Shown here piece after piece: positions 29,524 through 38,548 of a stretch of DNA of 64,000 nt. Each line of letters opens with the position of its first letter. Within the stretch, counting starts at the first letter, position 1. The translations under genes were made by a program, and so were the position numbers. Under the pieces are notes generated by a model that saw only the letters and a program-made list of their open reading frames with translations, did not search any database and was not told the DNA's origin. The DNA is from an uncultured Acidobacteriota bacterium (GTDB lineage: Bacteria; Acidobacteriota; Terriglobia; UBA7540), in assembly GCA_963804995.1 (NCBI GenBank), contig CAWDSK010000009.1, positions 128,001 through 192,000 of the forward strand. Reading direction: 5' to 3'.

Positions 29524-30774
29524 TTAGGGCACAGGCTCGGACTCGAACACAACGCGTCGAGCGGCAAGGGCTTCAAAGGTTTCGTCATCGATGCCGAGCA
29601 ACTCCCGCAAGGCGGACCTCGTGTGCTGCCCCAGAAGCGGCGCGGGCAAAGTCGGGCCACTGGGTGAGTCAGAGAGCTTCACCGGCGTTCCCGTCACCTG
29701 ATGCAGGCCCGCGGCCGGATGATGGAGGGTCGGAAACATCTGGCGGACCTCGCACTGCGGATCCTCCTTCACCTCCTGGAAATTCCGAACCAGGGAACAG
29801 GGAATTCCAGCCGAGCGGAGTTTCCCAATCCACTCGTCAACGGGAAGGCGTAGAAAGATCTCCGACAGAAGAGACTCCAGCGCCTCGCGATTCCGGATGC
29901 GGGCGGCGTTGCTTTCATAATCAGGGTGCTTCTTGAGATCAGGCTGCCCGATAGCCTGGCAGAATGCCGACCAAAGCTTCTCGCTTCCCACCGCGAGCGC
30001 CAACGCGCGATCCTTCGTCTGGAAGACGCGGTAGGGCACTGCCGTCGGGAACGCAGTCCCCATGGGCTTGGGCACGTGGTTCGAACCAAGGAAGCTCATG
30101 TAATTCGAAGTCATGGTCGAAATCATGCCGTCTAACATGGAGACGTCCACAAACTGGCCCACGCCCGTTGTCTCCCTCGCCCGCAACGCCAGCAGGATGC
30201 CGATCACCGCGAACTGACCCGCCGTAACATCAGTCACGCCGTACCCGCAACGGACCGACTCGCCCTCGGCGGTGCCGGTGATGCTCATCAACCCGCTCGA
30301 ACTTTGCACAACCAAATCCATGGTCGCTTCGTCCCGAGACGGGCCTTGCTGACCGTACCCTGAAATGGAACAGTAGACCAGACGCGGGTGGCGCTTGTGC
30401 ATGGGCTCGAAGCCCAGTCCCAAGCGGTCCATGGCTCCGGGGCGGAAATTCTCAACCAGCACATCCATCTTGTCTATCACACGCAAGCAGAGGTCGAGTC
30501 CCTCCGGCTGCTTCAGATCGATGGTCACACCGAACTTGCCGCGGTTCAGCCCGAGAAAGAAACTGGACTCGCCGCCGGTGAACGGGGGTCCCCAACCGCG
30601 GCCCATGTCTCCCTGAGGAGATTCCAGTTTGTAAACGCGCGCCCCGTAGTCGGCGAGAAGCATCGTGCAATAGGGGCCGGCCAAGGCGTGGGAGAAATCC
30701 AGGACGTGGATTCCCGCGAGAGCCGCCGCCGGATGCGAGGCGCGATTCCCGGATGTAGGTGCGTCACAGTCCAT
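29524..30774 (-). CDS. CaiB/BaiF family III CoA transferase
   Basis: LDFSHALAGPYC, LNRGK, VENFRPG, SISGYGQ.GP, APLLGQHT. Confidence 0.93.
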   Translation of the reverse strand: MDCDAPTSGNRASHPAAALAGIHVLDFSHALAGPYCTMLLADYGARVYKLESPQGDMGRGWGPPFTGGESSFFLGLNRGKFGVTIDLKQPEGLDLCLRVIDKMDVLVENFRPGAMDRLGLGFEPMHKRHPRLVYCSISGYGQQGPSRDEATMDLVVQSSSGLMSITGTAEGESVRCGYGVTDVTAGQFAVIGILLALRARETTGVGQFVDVSMLDGMISTMTSNYMSFLGSNHVPKPMGTAFPTAVPYRVFQTKDRALALAVGSEKLWSAFCQAIGQPDLKKHPDYESNAARIRNREALESLLSEIFLRLPVDEWIGKLRSAGIPCSLVRNFQEVKEDPQCEVRQMFPTLHHPAAGLHQVTGTPVKLSDSPSGPTLPAPLLGQHTRSALRELLGIDDETFEALAARRVVFESEPVP

Positions 30775-30966
30775 GAGTGAATGAGTCCCCTGGTCAGACG
30801 ACATCGGCCGCGATCTCCACGCGCAACAAGGCGCTGCCGGAGAACTTCAGCCCAAGACGCCACTGGTCTCAGGCTCACGTACCATCCGCTCCGCGCCGTC
30901 CGGGAGCCTGAAATACTTGTGCAAGAGGCGCCCGGCAGATTCCTTGACTCCCGAGGCCTAGTTGCC

Positions 30967-31265
30967 CTACGCAGCAGAGCCGCAACCAAACTAGAAAAGG
31001 CGCTGTTAGTTCCATAGTTTGGTGCAGGTCTGCTCAACGGGTGGTGAAGTAACCCCTCACCCGTCCCGCCTCCCGATAGAATGCATCGGGACGGCGGTCC
31101 ACCCTCTCCCCTCGGAGAGGGCGGTTTGACTTCCAACCTTCTCCCAGGGGAGAAGGTGCTGAGGTACGAAGCGGATGAGGGGTTCCTTGGATCGAAGTCG
31201 CGACTTTCAATGCGCCCCCCAAAATGTTTGCTAAAAAAACAAGAATTTACGGTATTGCTTTGCAG
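30967..31265 (+). mobile_element. Non-autonomous repeat element with asymmetric ends, copy 2
   Basis: GCAGAGCCGCAACC...GGTATTGCTTTGCAG; homologous to 6760-7050. Confidence 0.65.
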
Positions 31266-31535
31266 AGTCACTACCTGTCAGACTTCAAGGTTCTTAGCAT
31301 GATAAACATACACTGTATTATTAGCACAAGCCTTCAGCCCCAACCCTGTTCACTTAGTTGTTGTCGTCGAACTCAGGTCCTTGCCGATGACCTTCCCCAT
31401 TCTCGTTGACCGCCCGGCAGAATGAGCGGACAATGCCCGCAGAATCGCGTGGGAACCCAACCGTTCAGTCCCACAGTTATCCTCCGGACCCACGCCGCTC
31501 TGACGCTCAGCGCCGCAACTTGGTTCCGGGAGGGC

Positions 31536-33461
31536 ATGATGCGGACATTCGGATTCATTCTTCTGTTTACAACTCTGGGTTTGGCTCGCACGGAGTTCTG
31601 GGCCCCCGTGGCTCCGCCGCGCGCCCACTATGCCGTTGACGTGAAGTTCGTCCCCGACAATGCACGCCTGGAAGGTACGGAGACCGTTCGGTTTCGCAAT
31701 GACACGCGGAGACCCATCGGCCGGATCGCACTGCAATGGTTCGGGGAAGTCTCGCGTGTGACGGTCAACGGCGTTCCCGCGGAGCGCTCGCCGGGAAAAT
31801 ACAGTGTCGCGCTATATGACCTGCCGCGCGAGGCCAGGCCCGGCGACGCGATCGAACTCTCCATCGATTTTGGCGCCCCTTGGAAGCTCGACGCGAAGAA
31901 CGGAAGCGCCATCACCTCTTACCTGAGCCCCCACCTTTGGTGGGGCTTCGGGACGCTCGACGACTACGAAGTGTGTCTCCACGTGCCGGAGGGCTACGCG
32001 GTCGCCACGAGCGGGCGATACGACCCGCGCGCGGGAAAGTATCGGGCTGAGAGCACTCGGATGTTCGGCTTGTTTATCGGGAAAGGATACGAAAGCGCGG
32101 AAGCCGATGCCGGCGACGTGCACGTTCGCGCCGTCTTCACCGCGGCAGGGCGGCCCTGCGCGGAGTTGCTTTTGAAAACGGCGGTCGATGTGATCGGTTT
32201 CTACCGCCAGCAGTTTGGTTTTTATCCACACCGCTCGCTTTCAATCGTGCCGGGGATGGATTACCCGGCGGGAGGTTATCCCCCGGCCACGGCCCTGATC
32301 GTCATTCATGGGCAAGAGCACCTCTCCGAGCGCCCGGAGCCCTTCTGGCGCTGGATCACGGCGCATGAGATCGGCCACATGTACTGGTCCAACTACGTCC
32401 TTGCACAGGGTCCGGAGGACCTTACGTGGTTAATGATTGGGCTGGGACTCCATGCGGATCGCGAATATCGGCGAGCTCGCGACATCAAAGGCGGCACGGG
32501 CGCGTTGGAGCAGAATTACGTGAGCGGAGTGCAGCAAGGGATTGACACGACCATGGACGTGACCGAAGAGCAGAAGGCCGCCCTTCACTGGGATTTCAAC
32601 AATGTTGTGGAGCACGGTAAGAGCTCGGCTTCCCTCAATGCCCTGGAGTCCGTCATCGGTCCGGAAACCTTCGCCAACGTTTATCGTCGTTGCCTGCAGG
32701 AATACGCCGGAAAACAACTCGGCTGGCGGGAATTCCAACGGATCGCGGAAATCGAAAGTGGACAGGATCTCAACTGGTTCTTCGAAGCGTGGGTGCGCTC
32801 GTCCGCCAATGCAGCCTACCGGGTGGCCGGGCAGGGGTGCGCGCCCGCGGGCAACGCGTTCGATTGCACCGTGCGCGTAGAGCGATCGGGGGCAATGCAA
32901 ATGCCCGTGACCGTCGCGGCGCGACTCGATGACGGCTCGGAGCTACGCATCCGAACCGATCGCTTGGCCGACCTGGACGAGCTTAAGTTCACAGCCAGAT
33001 CGCCGCTAAAGCAAGTTGTAATCGAGCCGGATGGGATGGTGGCTTTGGCCGATGCTCCGGGTCAGGCCCAGCGGGAATTAATGGCCAAAGTTCGCCAAAT
33101 GCCCTGGACGGGCGCGGGAGAAGCGGCCCTGGAAGCGTATCGACAGGCGCGCGAGATGAAGATTCAGGATGGGCTATTTTGGCTGAAGCTGGGATTGTTA
33201 CTCTATGACGGTCGATACTATCAGGAAGCGCTTGAGGTAATGACGCAGTTGGGACAAAGCGATTCCGATTGGCGCTTCGCCGCGATGGTGTGGCAGGGAC
33301 ATCTGCTGGATCTGCTCGGGCGGCGAGCTGAGGCAGTGGCATGTTACCAGGAAGCGCTGAAGATGCCGGGCACACCGCGCATGCAGCACAGCCAGTACAA
33401 CCTTGTCATAGATAAACAGTGGGTTGAGGAGCGTCTGAAAACACCCTTCGAAAGAAAATGA
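31536..33461 (+). CDS. M1-family (gluzincin) metalloaminopeptidase with C-terminal TPR
   Basis: Signal peptide, AHEIGHMYW (HEXXH), QDLNWFFEAW, C-terminal TPR-like helices. Confidence 0.8.
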   Translation: MMRTFGFILLFTTLGLARTEFWAPVAPPRAHYAVDVKFVPDNARLEGTETVRFRNDTRRPIGRIALQWFGEVSRVTVNGVPAERSPGKYSVALYDLPREARPGDAIELSIDFGAPWKLDAKNGSAITSYLSPHLWWGFGTLDDYEVCLHVPEGYAVATSGRYDPRAGKYRAESTRMFGLFIGKGYESAEADAGDVHVRAVFTAAGRPCAELLLKTAVDVIGFYRQQFGFYPHRSLSIVPGMDYPAGGYPPATALIVIHGQEHLSERPEPFWRWITAHEIGHMYWSNYVLAQGPEDLTWLMIGLGLHADREYRRARDIKGGTGALEQNYVSGVQQGIDTTMDVTEEQKAALHWDFNNVVEHGKSSASLNALESVIGPETFANVYRRCLQEYAGKQLGWREFQRIAEIESGQDLNWFFEAWVRSSANAAYRVAGQGCAPAGNAFDCTVRVERSGAMQMPVTVAARLDDGSELRIRTDRLADLDELKFTARSPLKQVVIEPDGMVALADAPGQAQRELMAKVRQMPWTGAGEAALEAYRQAREMKIQDGLFWLKLGLLLYDGRYYQEALEVMTQLGQSDSDWRFAAMVWQGHLLDLLGRRAEAVACYQEALKMPGTPRMQHSQYNLVIDKQWVEERLKTPFERK

Positions 33462-33519
33462 TCGAGCGCTTCGGCAATGCATGAATCGCTCCCACACGCG
33501 TACCAGCGGGCGAGACGCG

Positions 33520-33876
33520 TCAGCTTGGGGGTAGATAGACGATCTGGGCTTCGTCCTCGATTCGGAACAGCCCGGAGCAGACCTTCGATCCGCACACGAC
33601 GGGAGCGGCCCCGGAGTATTGCGTGGCGGTCAGCAAACTCGGCGTGCCGCAGACAGGGCAAGCCAGGATGGCGATGAAACAGGGAGCGAAAGATTCGCGG
33701 AGGGAAGCGTACTCATCAAGGAAGATGATGTCGCCCGGCACCATATCCCCGAGCGAGGAACGATTTACGAAATGGACGGCGCTGGGAAGGGCCTCAGCGC
33801 GCGGTGCGTCCAAGTCTCCCCGCAGGGCTTCACGGTCCATTCCACTGCTCGTTTTCCGAAGCTTATGTTTACCCAC
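33520..33876 (-). CDS. Hypothetical protein with putative Zn-binding Cys motifs
   Basis: CPVC and CGSKVC; GGAG upstream of the GTG start. Confidence 0.6.
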   Translation of the reverse strand: MGKHKLRKTSSGMDREALRGDLDAPRAEALPSAVHFVNRSSLGDMVPGDIIFLDEYASLRESFAPCFIAILACPVCGTPSLLTATQYSGAAPVVCGSKVCSGLFRIEDEAQIVYLPPS

Positions 33877-34033
33877 GGTCTTTTGAACCTGTCTCCCCGA
33901 CTAAACCCAACCCGCATCTCATTAAGGAGGTCGTGGCGCCATCCTCACGTTGCCAGCACACGTCCGCAAACCGGTCTTAACCCCAACCCTGTACACTTGG
34001 CGCGCGCCTTCATATGGACTTGCGCAAAGCATC

Positions 34034-34138
34034 TTGGACTGCGGTAGCAGCAGCTACCGCCTTCCGCCTTCGGTTCATACGGCAAAGTCGCAAGGGGCGG
34101 GGAAAGAAAGGCGGTAGCTGCTGCTACCGCAATCCAGG
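34034..34138. repeat. REP-like long inverted repeat
   Basis: GGACTGCGGTAGCAGCAGCTACCGCCTT...AAGGCGGTAGCTGCTGCTACCGCAATCC. Confidence 0.8.
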
Positions 34139-35001
34139 CCGGGCTTCACCCGCAATTAGACTACCTAATCCGTGACAACGACCAAGTGAACAGTGTTGTC
34201 GCTAGCCAGAATTTTTCACAAGACTAAACCATTTGCGCACGCTCGGACTGGTTGCGGAGGATTCCAGTTTGGAACCGTGGCACCAAAATGGGAAAAGGCA
34301 CGTAAGTCTGAATTCCTTCGACAAAATGCCCATTCCCCGGCCGGTTTAATAACCCCGACCCCCGCAACTCATGTTCGAACCTCCTAATCGCGATCTTGTT
34401 ATCAGCGGCCTGGAATGACAATCCGCATCGTTCCGGACCGGGGGCTACCCATCATGTCCTTCTACCGACGCTTGGAGAGAAATCGGGTCCCCAATGCTTG
34501 AGCCTTGTGGCCCACCCGCGCCTAAAGCGCGTTCACCTATGGGCGCCGCATAATTCCTCTCGCACATACAGTTATCGACCGTTCCTGGTTCCACCTTGAG
34601 AGATAGCAGGAAGAATTCCGCGCCCGGCACTTCGTCCTGCGGCCGGCCTCCGATTAGATTGGAACTCTCCCATTTCGGAACGTCGCGGCAATCGGTGAGT
34701 CGCGAATGGCGATGTCGCGCCAAAAAACCTTTGGCTCGGCGAACGCGACCAACGGGTCACAAATCTTGCCTGGCTCTTCGTGACGTACGCGCCAGGCCCT
34801 CCCACAATCTCCCTGATTCCGGGGTTCAGATGGATTGCAAACCCTTGAATACTTGGCTGTTGTCGTTGGCCTCGGAACGTGTCCGGGCAGAACTCCACTC
34901 GCCCTGAGGGCTTCCCTCACCCTTCCGCTTCTGCTCCACTTGCTCCCACCGCGAGGCTAGGAAACGCACAAATTCCATCCAAGGCCCGCCGCCCGGTGAC
35001 T

Positions 35002-35017
35002 TGGCATAATCTTTGCA
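35002..35017 (+). promoter_or_regulatory. Sigma-54 -24/-12 promoter upstream of the FliA/WhiG sigma gene
   Basis: TGGCAT-AATCT-TTGCA, exact GG-N10-GC spacing, about 190 bp before the ATG. Confidence 0.7.
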
Positions 35018-35204
35018 ATCTCTAAGGACAGCGCAGCGATTCCAGACACCGAACGCGGCGAACGATGCGAAGAGCACAGGCTCTACGGCGCCGGTGAAGT
35101 GTTGTCTCAAGCCGCGAGGCAAGTTACCTGGGGATCGACGAGCGCTGGCCCAGACGGGAACGAAAGTAAGCAACCCGGGCCATTTGAAAATGAGCGAGGC
35201 TTCC

Positions 35205-36116
35205 ATGGCAACCCAAACGATCCCCACCTGCCCGCAAGTGAGCAACCGGGCAGTCGTACCCGTGATTTCCCCTCGGCTGATGCCGACCAAGATCATCGCG
35301 CCCTCCAAGGTTCGCACCTCCGCACAAAAAGAAGCCGAACAAATCCGGCAGAGACAGCAACTGCTGATCCAGATGCTTCCGCTGGTCAAGCGGCTGGCCT
35401 TTAAGATTCGTGAACACCTGCCCGCGCACGTGGAATTCGACAACTTGCTTGCCAATGGAGTGCTGGGACTGGTGGACGCCATCGCAAAGTTCGACACGCG
35501 GAAGCGCGTGAAGCTGGAAAGTTATGCCCGTCATCGAATTCGCGGAGGCATTCTGGACGGCCTGCGCGGCGCTGATCCTGCTTCCCGCGACATGCGGAGA
35601 AAGAATAAGAAAATCCAGCAGCTCTATCGGCAGCTCGAGGCTAAGTTAGGCCGCTCTGTTACAGATGAAGAGATCGCTGCTGCACTGGGCGTAAGCCTGA
35701 CGCAATGGCACCAGACCCTGAGTGAAGTGCAGGGAGTCGGATTCGATTTCGGTTCACGGAGCATCTCCGCGGGCCCGAGCTCGAAGCGGCCCTCCGCCGA
35801 ACCTAGTCTTCTGGTCGATGACCATGAGGACCCCTTCGCGACGTGTTATCACGCCGAGCAACGCGAGATCCTGAATCGCGCCATCTCTTACCTGCGCGAG
35901 CGGGATCGGCGAATCATCAAGCTCTACTACGAAGACGAACTGACCATGAACCAAATCGCCGAGAGTCTGAACGTGGACGAATCGCGCGTCTCGCAGCTAC
36001 ACGCCGCCGCTTTGGCGCGGCTCAAGGCGTGCGTCGAATCCATTCTGCATCCGAGAGCCGCAGCGTCCTCTCGTCCCGCCGCAGTCAAGTCGATGTCTGC
36101 CGGAAGCAGAGGTTAA
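35205..36116 (+). CDS. FliA/WhiG family (sigma-28-like) RNA polymerase sigma factor
   Basis: LPLVKRLA, GVLGLVDAIAKFD, YARHRIRGGILDGLR..D, LYYEDELTM.QIA..L.VDESRVSQLH. Confidence 0.92.
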   Translation: MATQTIPTCPQVSNRAVVPVISPRLMPTKIIAPSKVRTSAQKEAEQIRQRQQLLIQMLPLVKRLAFKIREHLPAHVEFDNLLANGVLGLVDAIAKFDTRKRVKLESYARHRIRGGILDGLRGADPASRDMRRKNKKIQQLYRQLEAKLGRSVTDEEIAAALGVSLTQWHQTLSEVQGVGFDFGSRSISAGPSSKRPSAEPSLLVDDHEDPFATCYHAEQREILNRAISYLRERDRRIIKLYYEDELTMNQIAESLNVDESRVSQLHAAALARLKACVESILHPRAAASSRPAAVKSMSAGSRG

Positions 36117-36310
36117 CAAACCTCCAGGCGTCGGCAATTCCAAGGCGGGGGGCGTCGCGACGACCAACCCTTGCATCCTTGATAGGTGAATGATAGCCTT
36201 TACGGGCTAACCTGCTCTGAAAGCAGAGTCGAGCCCTGACGGTGTCGAGGGAGTCGGCGATTTGAAATGACCGCCAGTTGCTGCCCCCGACGTGCGGCCC
36301 GAGTGAAGCC

Positions 36311-36568
36311 ATGAATCGACACGAGAACAAGGTGTTTGAGAATCAACACGTGATCCTCGATGAGGGCGTGTTCGTGAATTGCACCTTCAAGAACTGTAGT
36401 TTGGAGTATTCCGGCGGCGACGTATATGTGCAGAACTGTCAAGGCGAAGGGTGCCAACTTGTTTGGCGAGGACCGGCGCAGCGCACCGTGCTGCTCTTAC
36501 AAGGCCTCGGTCTGATGGTTGCGACCCCTCCACCCGGAGGCTCCGAGCCGCCCAGCCGGGTACAGTGA
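36311..36568 (+). CDS. Small hypothetical protein (short beta-solenoid-like)
   Basis: VILD...FVNCTFKNCSLEYSGG pattern. Confidence 0.65.
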   Translation: MNRHENKVFENQHVILDEGVFVNCTFKNCSLEYSGGDVYVQNCQGEGCQLVWRGPAQRTVLLLQGLGLMVATPPPGGSEPPSRVQ

Positions 36569-36808
36569 CCGAATTGTCCGAAGGTCTTCGATCCTAGCGT
36601 AAGCTAACCAGCCCCAAAATCTGGTGTCTTCCTACAGCCGATAACTCTTGTTTTCTTAATAGGTTGGATAAACCTGGAGTGAGCCCGCAAACCTCGCATT
36701 TCTAGAATGAGGAGTGCGGCGCCTGCAATTCTCTTGCCTTTTCTCCGTCAAAACCTTTATATTCAATCGGTTGAGCCTCAAAAGCGCCCAACGCTAAGGA
36801 CCGACAAC

Positions 36809-38320
36809 TTGGCCAAGCCGTCTACGCCACAGATTTTCGTAAGTCTTGCTGCGCCCACCCTAAGCGCCATGGAAGCTCTGGCTATTCGTGTGGCCGGGGT
36901 TCCTGTCGGCTATGAGTTGCGCTTGGATTACCTCCAGAATTTTTCCCAATTCGAATCTCAGCTTCATCAGATGCTCATGCGCCTGCACTTTCCACAGACC
37001 ATTGCCACCTGTCGAATGGCGGCAGCGGGGGGGATGATGCGGGGCACGATGGCTGATCAAGAGGCCATTCTAGCCACTGCGGTGCGTGCAGGTTGCCAGT
37101 GGGTCGACGTGGAGATGGAATCGGTGCAGAAGGGAGGGGCGGCCTTGCTCCGGCAGCTCCGGCCTGCCAAGATTATTGTTTCCTACCACGACTTCCACAA
37201 GACTCCCGCGCTCGGCGCGACGTATCGGCGTTTGGCACGGCTGCCCGTGCAAGTGGTTAAGATTGCTACTTACGCGCGCCAATTGAAGGACAACCTGCAG
37301 ATCCGCCGCCTGCTCAGGGCGAATCGTCGTCGCGCGCCGCGCCTTGTGGCGCTGGCCATGGGCCCTTCGGGAATCCCTTCGCGACTGCTCGCGCTGCTTT
37401 GGGGGTCAGCCTTCACTTACGCGGCGCCTCTCAATTATTCCCCGGCAGCAGCAGGTCAGGTTCCGGCGGAAGTCATGCGGGGGGTCTACCGGGTAGATCG
37501 ACTTGACAGCCGGACGCGTCTCTACGGGGTATTAGGGTCTCATGCTTCCATGTCCCTTTCACCGGCCATGCAGAATGCGGCATTTCAGGCCAAGCACGTG
37601 AATGCCGTTTTTCTGCCTTGTGAAGCGAAAAAACTTCCGGACTTCCTCACTTTTGCGCGGGAGTTGGATTTGCAGGGATTTGCCATCACCATGCCTTATA
37701 AGCGCGCCATCCTGCGAGCGCTCGACTGGGTTGATCCTCTTGCCAATCGCATCAGCGCCTGCAACACGGTGGCGTTGCAGCGTGGCCGCTGGCTGGGGTG
37801 GAACACGGACGCGGCCGCAGTGGTGGAAGTTCTCACCAAGCGCTTGCGCCTGGCGGGCAGCCGCATCCTGATTTTGGGTGCGGGCGGGGCGGCACGGGCG
37901 GCAGCTTACGCCGTGCGCGCCGAAGGTGCGGAGGTCATCATCGCCGCGCGGCGAGACCAAGTGGCGCGAACTCTGGCGCGCGGCGTCGCGGCACAGGTGG
38001 TTCCCTGGGGCAGCGCCGAGGGCCTGGAAGTGGATGCCGTCATCAACGCGACGCCGGTGGGCATGTACCCGCACATGGACGCTACGCCCATCGACCTCGC
38101 CCGGCTGCGGGTGCGGGTGGTGTTCGACATGGTCTATTACCCGCTCACTACCCGCCTCCTGAACGAAGCACGAGGGCGCGGCTTGACCACCATCTCCGGC
38201 CTGGAAATGCTGGTGGCGCAGGGAGCGCGGCAATTCGAGATTTGGACGGGCCTTGCGGCTCCGCGCGCGCTGATGGAACAAGCCGTTCGTCAGGCACTGG
38301 ACCACTCGGCGGGAGGGTAG
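36809..38320 (+). CDS. aroE: Bifunctional type I 3-dehydroquinate dehydratase / shikimate dehydrogenase
   Basis: ELRLD, IVSYHDF..TP, VVKIAT, then SLSPAMQN, ITMPYK, NTD, GAGGAA, INATPVGM, GLEMLVAQG; TTG start after AAGGA. Confidence 0.9.
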   Translation: MAKPSTPQIFVSLAAPTLSAMEALAIRVAGVPVGYELRLDYLQNFSQFESQLHQMLMRLHFPQTIATCRMAAAGGMMRGTMADQEAILATAVRAGCQWVDVEMESVQKGGAALLRQLRPAKIIVSYHDFHKTPALGATYRRLARLPVQVVKIATYARQLKDNLQIRRLLRANRRRAPRLVALAMGPSGIPSRLLALLWGSAFTYAAPLNYSPAAAGQVPAEVMRGVYRVDRLDSRTRLYGVLGSHASMSLSPAMQNAAFQAKHVNAVFLPCEAKKLPDFLTFARELDLQGFAITMPYKRAILRALDWVDPLANRISACNTVALQRGRWLGWNTDAAAVVEVLTKRLRLAGSRILILGAGGAARAAAYAVRAEGAEVIIAARRDQVARTLARGVAAQVVPWGSAEGLEVDAVINATPVGMYPHMDATPIDLARLRVRVVFDMVYYPLTTRLLNEARGRGLTTISGLEMLVAQGARQFEIWTGLAAPRALMEQAVRQALDHSAGG

Positions 38321-38349
38321 GTCTTCTGTACGGGTGCGACCAAACCATA

Positions 38350-38545
38350 AAAGCAAGGCAAAAGGCAAAGTGCAAAAGGCAAAATGCAAAAGTGGGTGAA
38401 GATCGAACGTCTAAGGTTAAAGGTTAAGAATTGAAGGTGGATGAAGGTTCTCTTTTTGACTCACAACCTTCAAATGATTCGTCGCAGGTTCGGCTTTCTT
38501 GTGAACTTTTGCGTTTTGCATTTTGCCTTTTGACTTGTTCTTGAT
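38350..38545. repeat. Nested inverted heptamer arrays (CAAAAGG / CTTTTGC around AAGGTTR / AACCTTC)
   Basis: Outer arrays at 38350-38392 and 38505-38535; inner units at 38412-38450 and 38465-38472. Confidence 0.8.
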
Positions 38546-38548
38546 TCC

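Noticed and set aside
33880..34030. Riboswitch upstream of the Cys4 protein
   Set aside because: I could not match a known aptamer consensus by eye; needs cmscan
34278..34295. TGGCAC as a second sigma-54 promoter (also at about 20348)
   Set aside because: No GC at the required GG-N10-GC spacing
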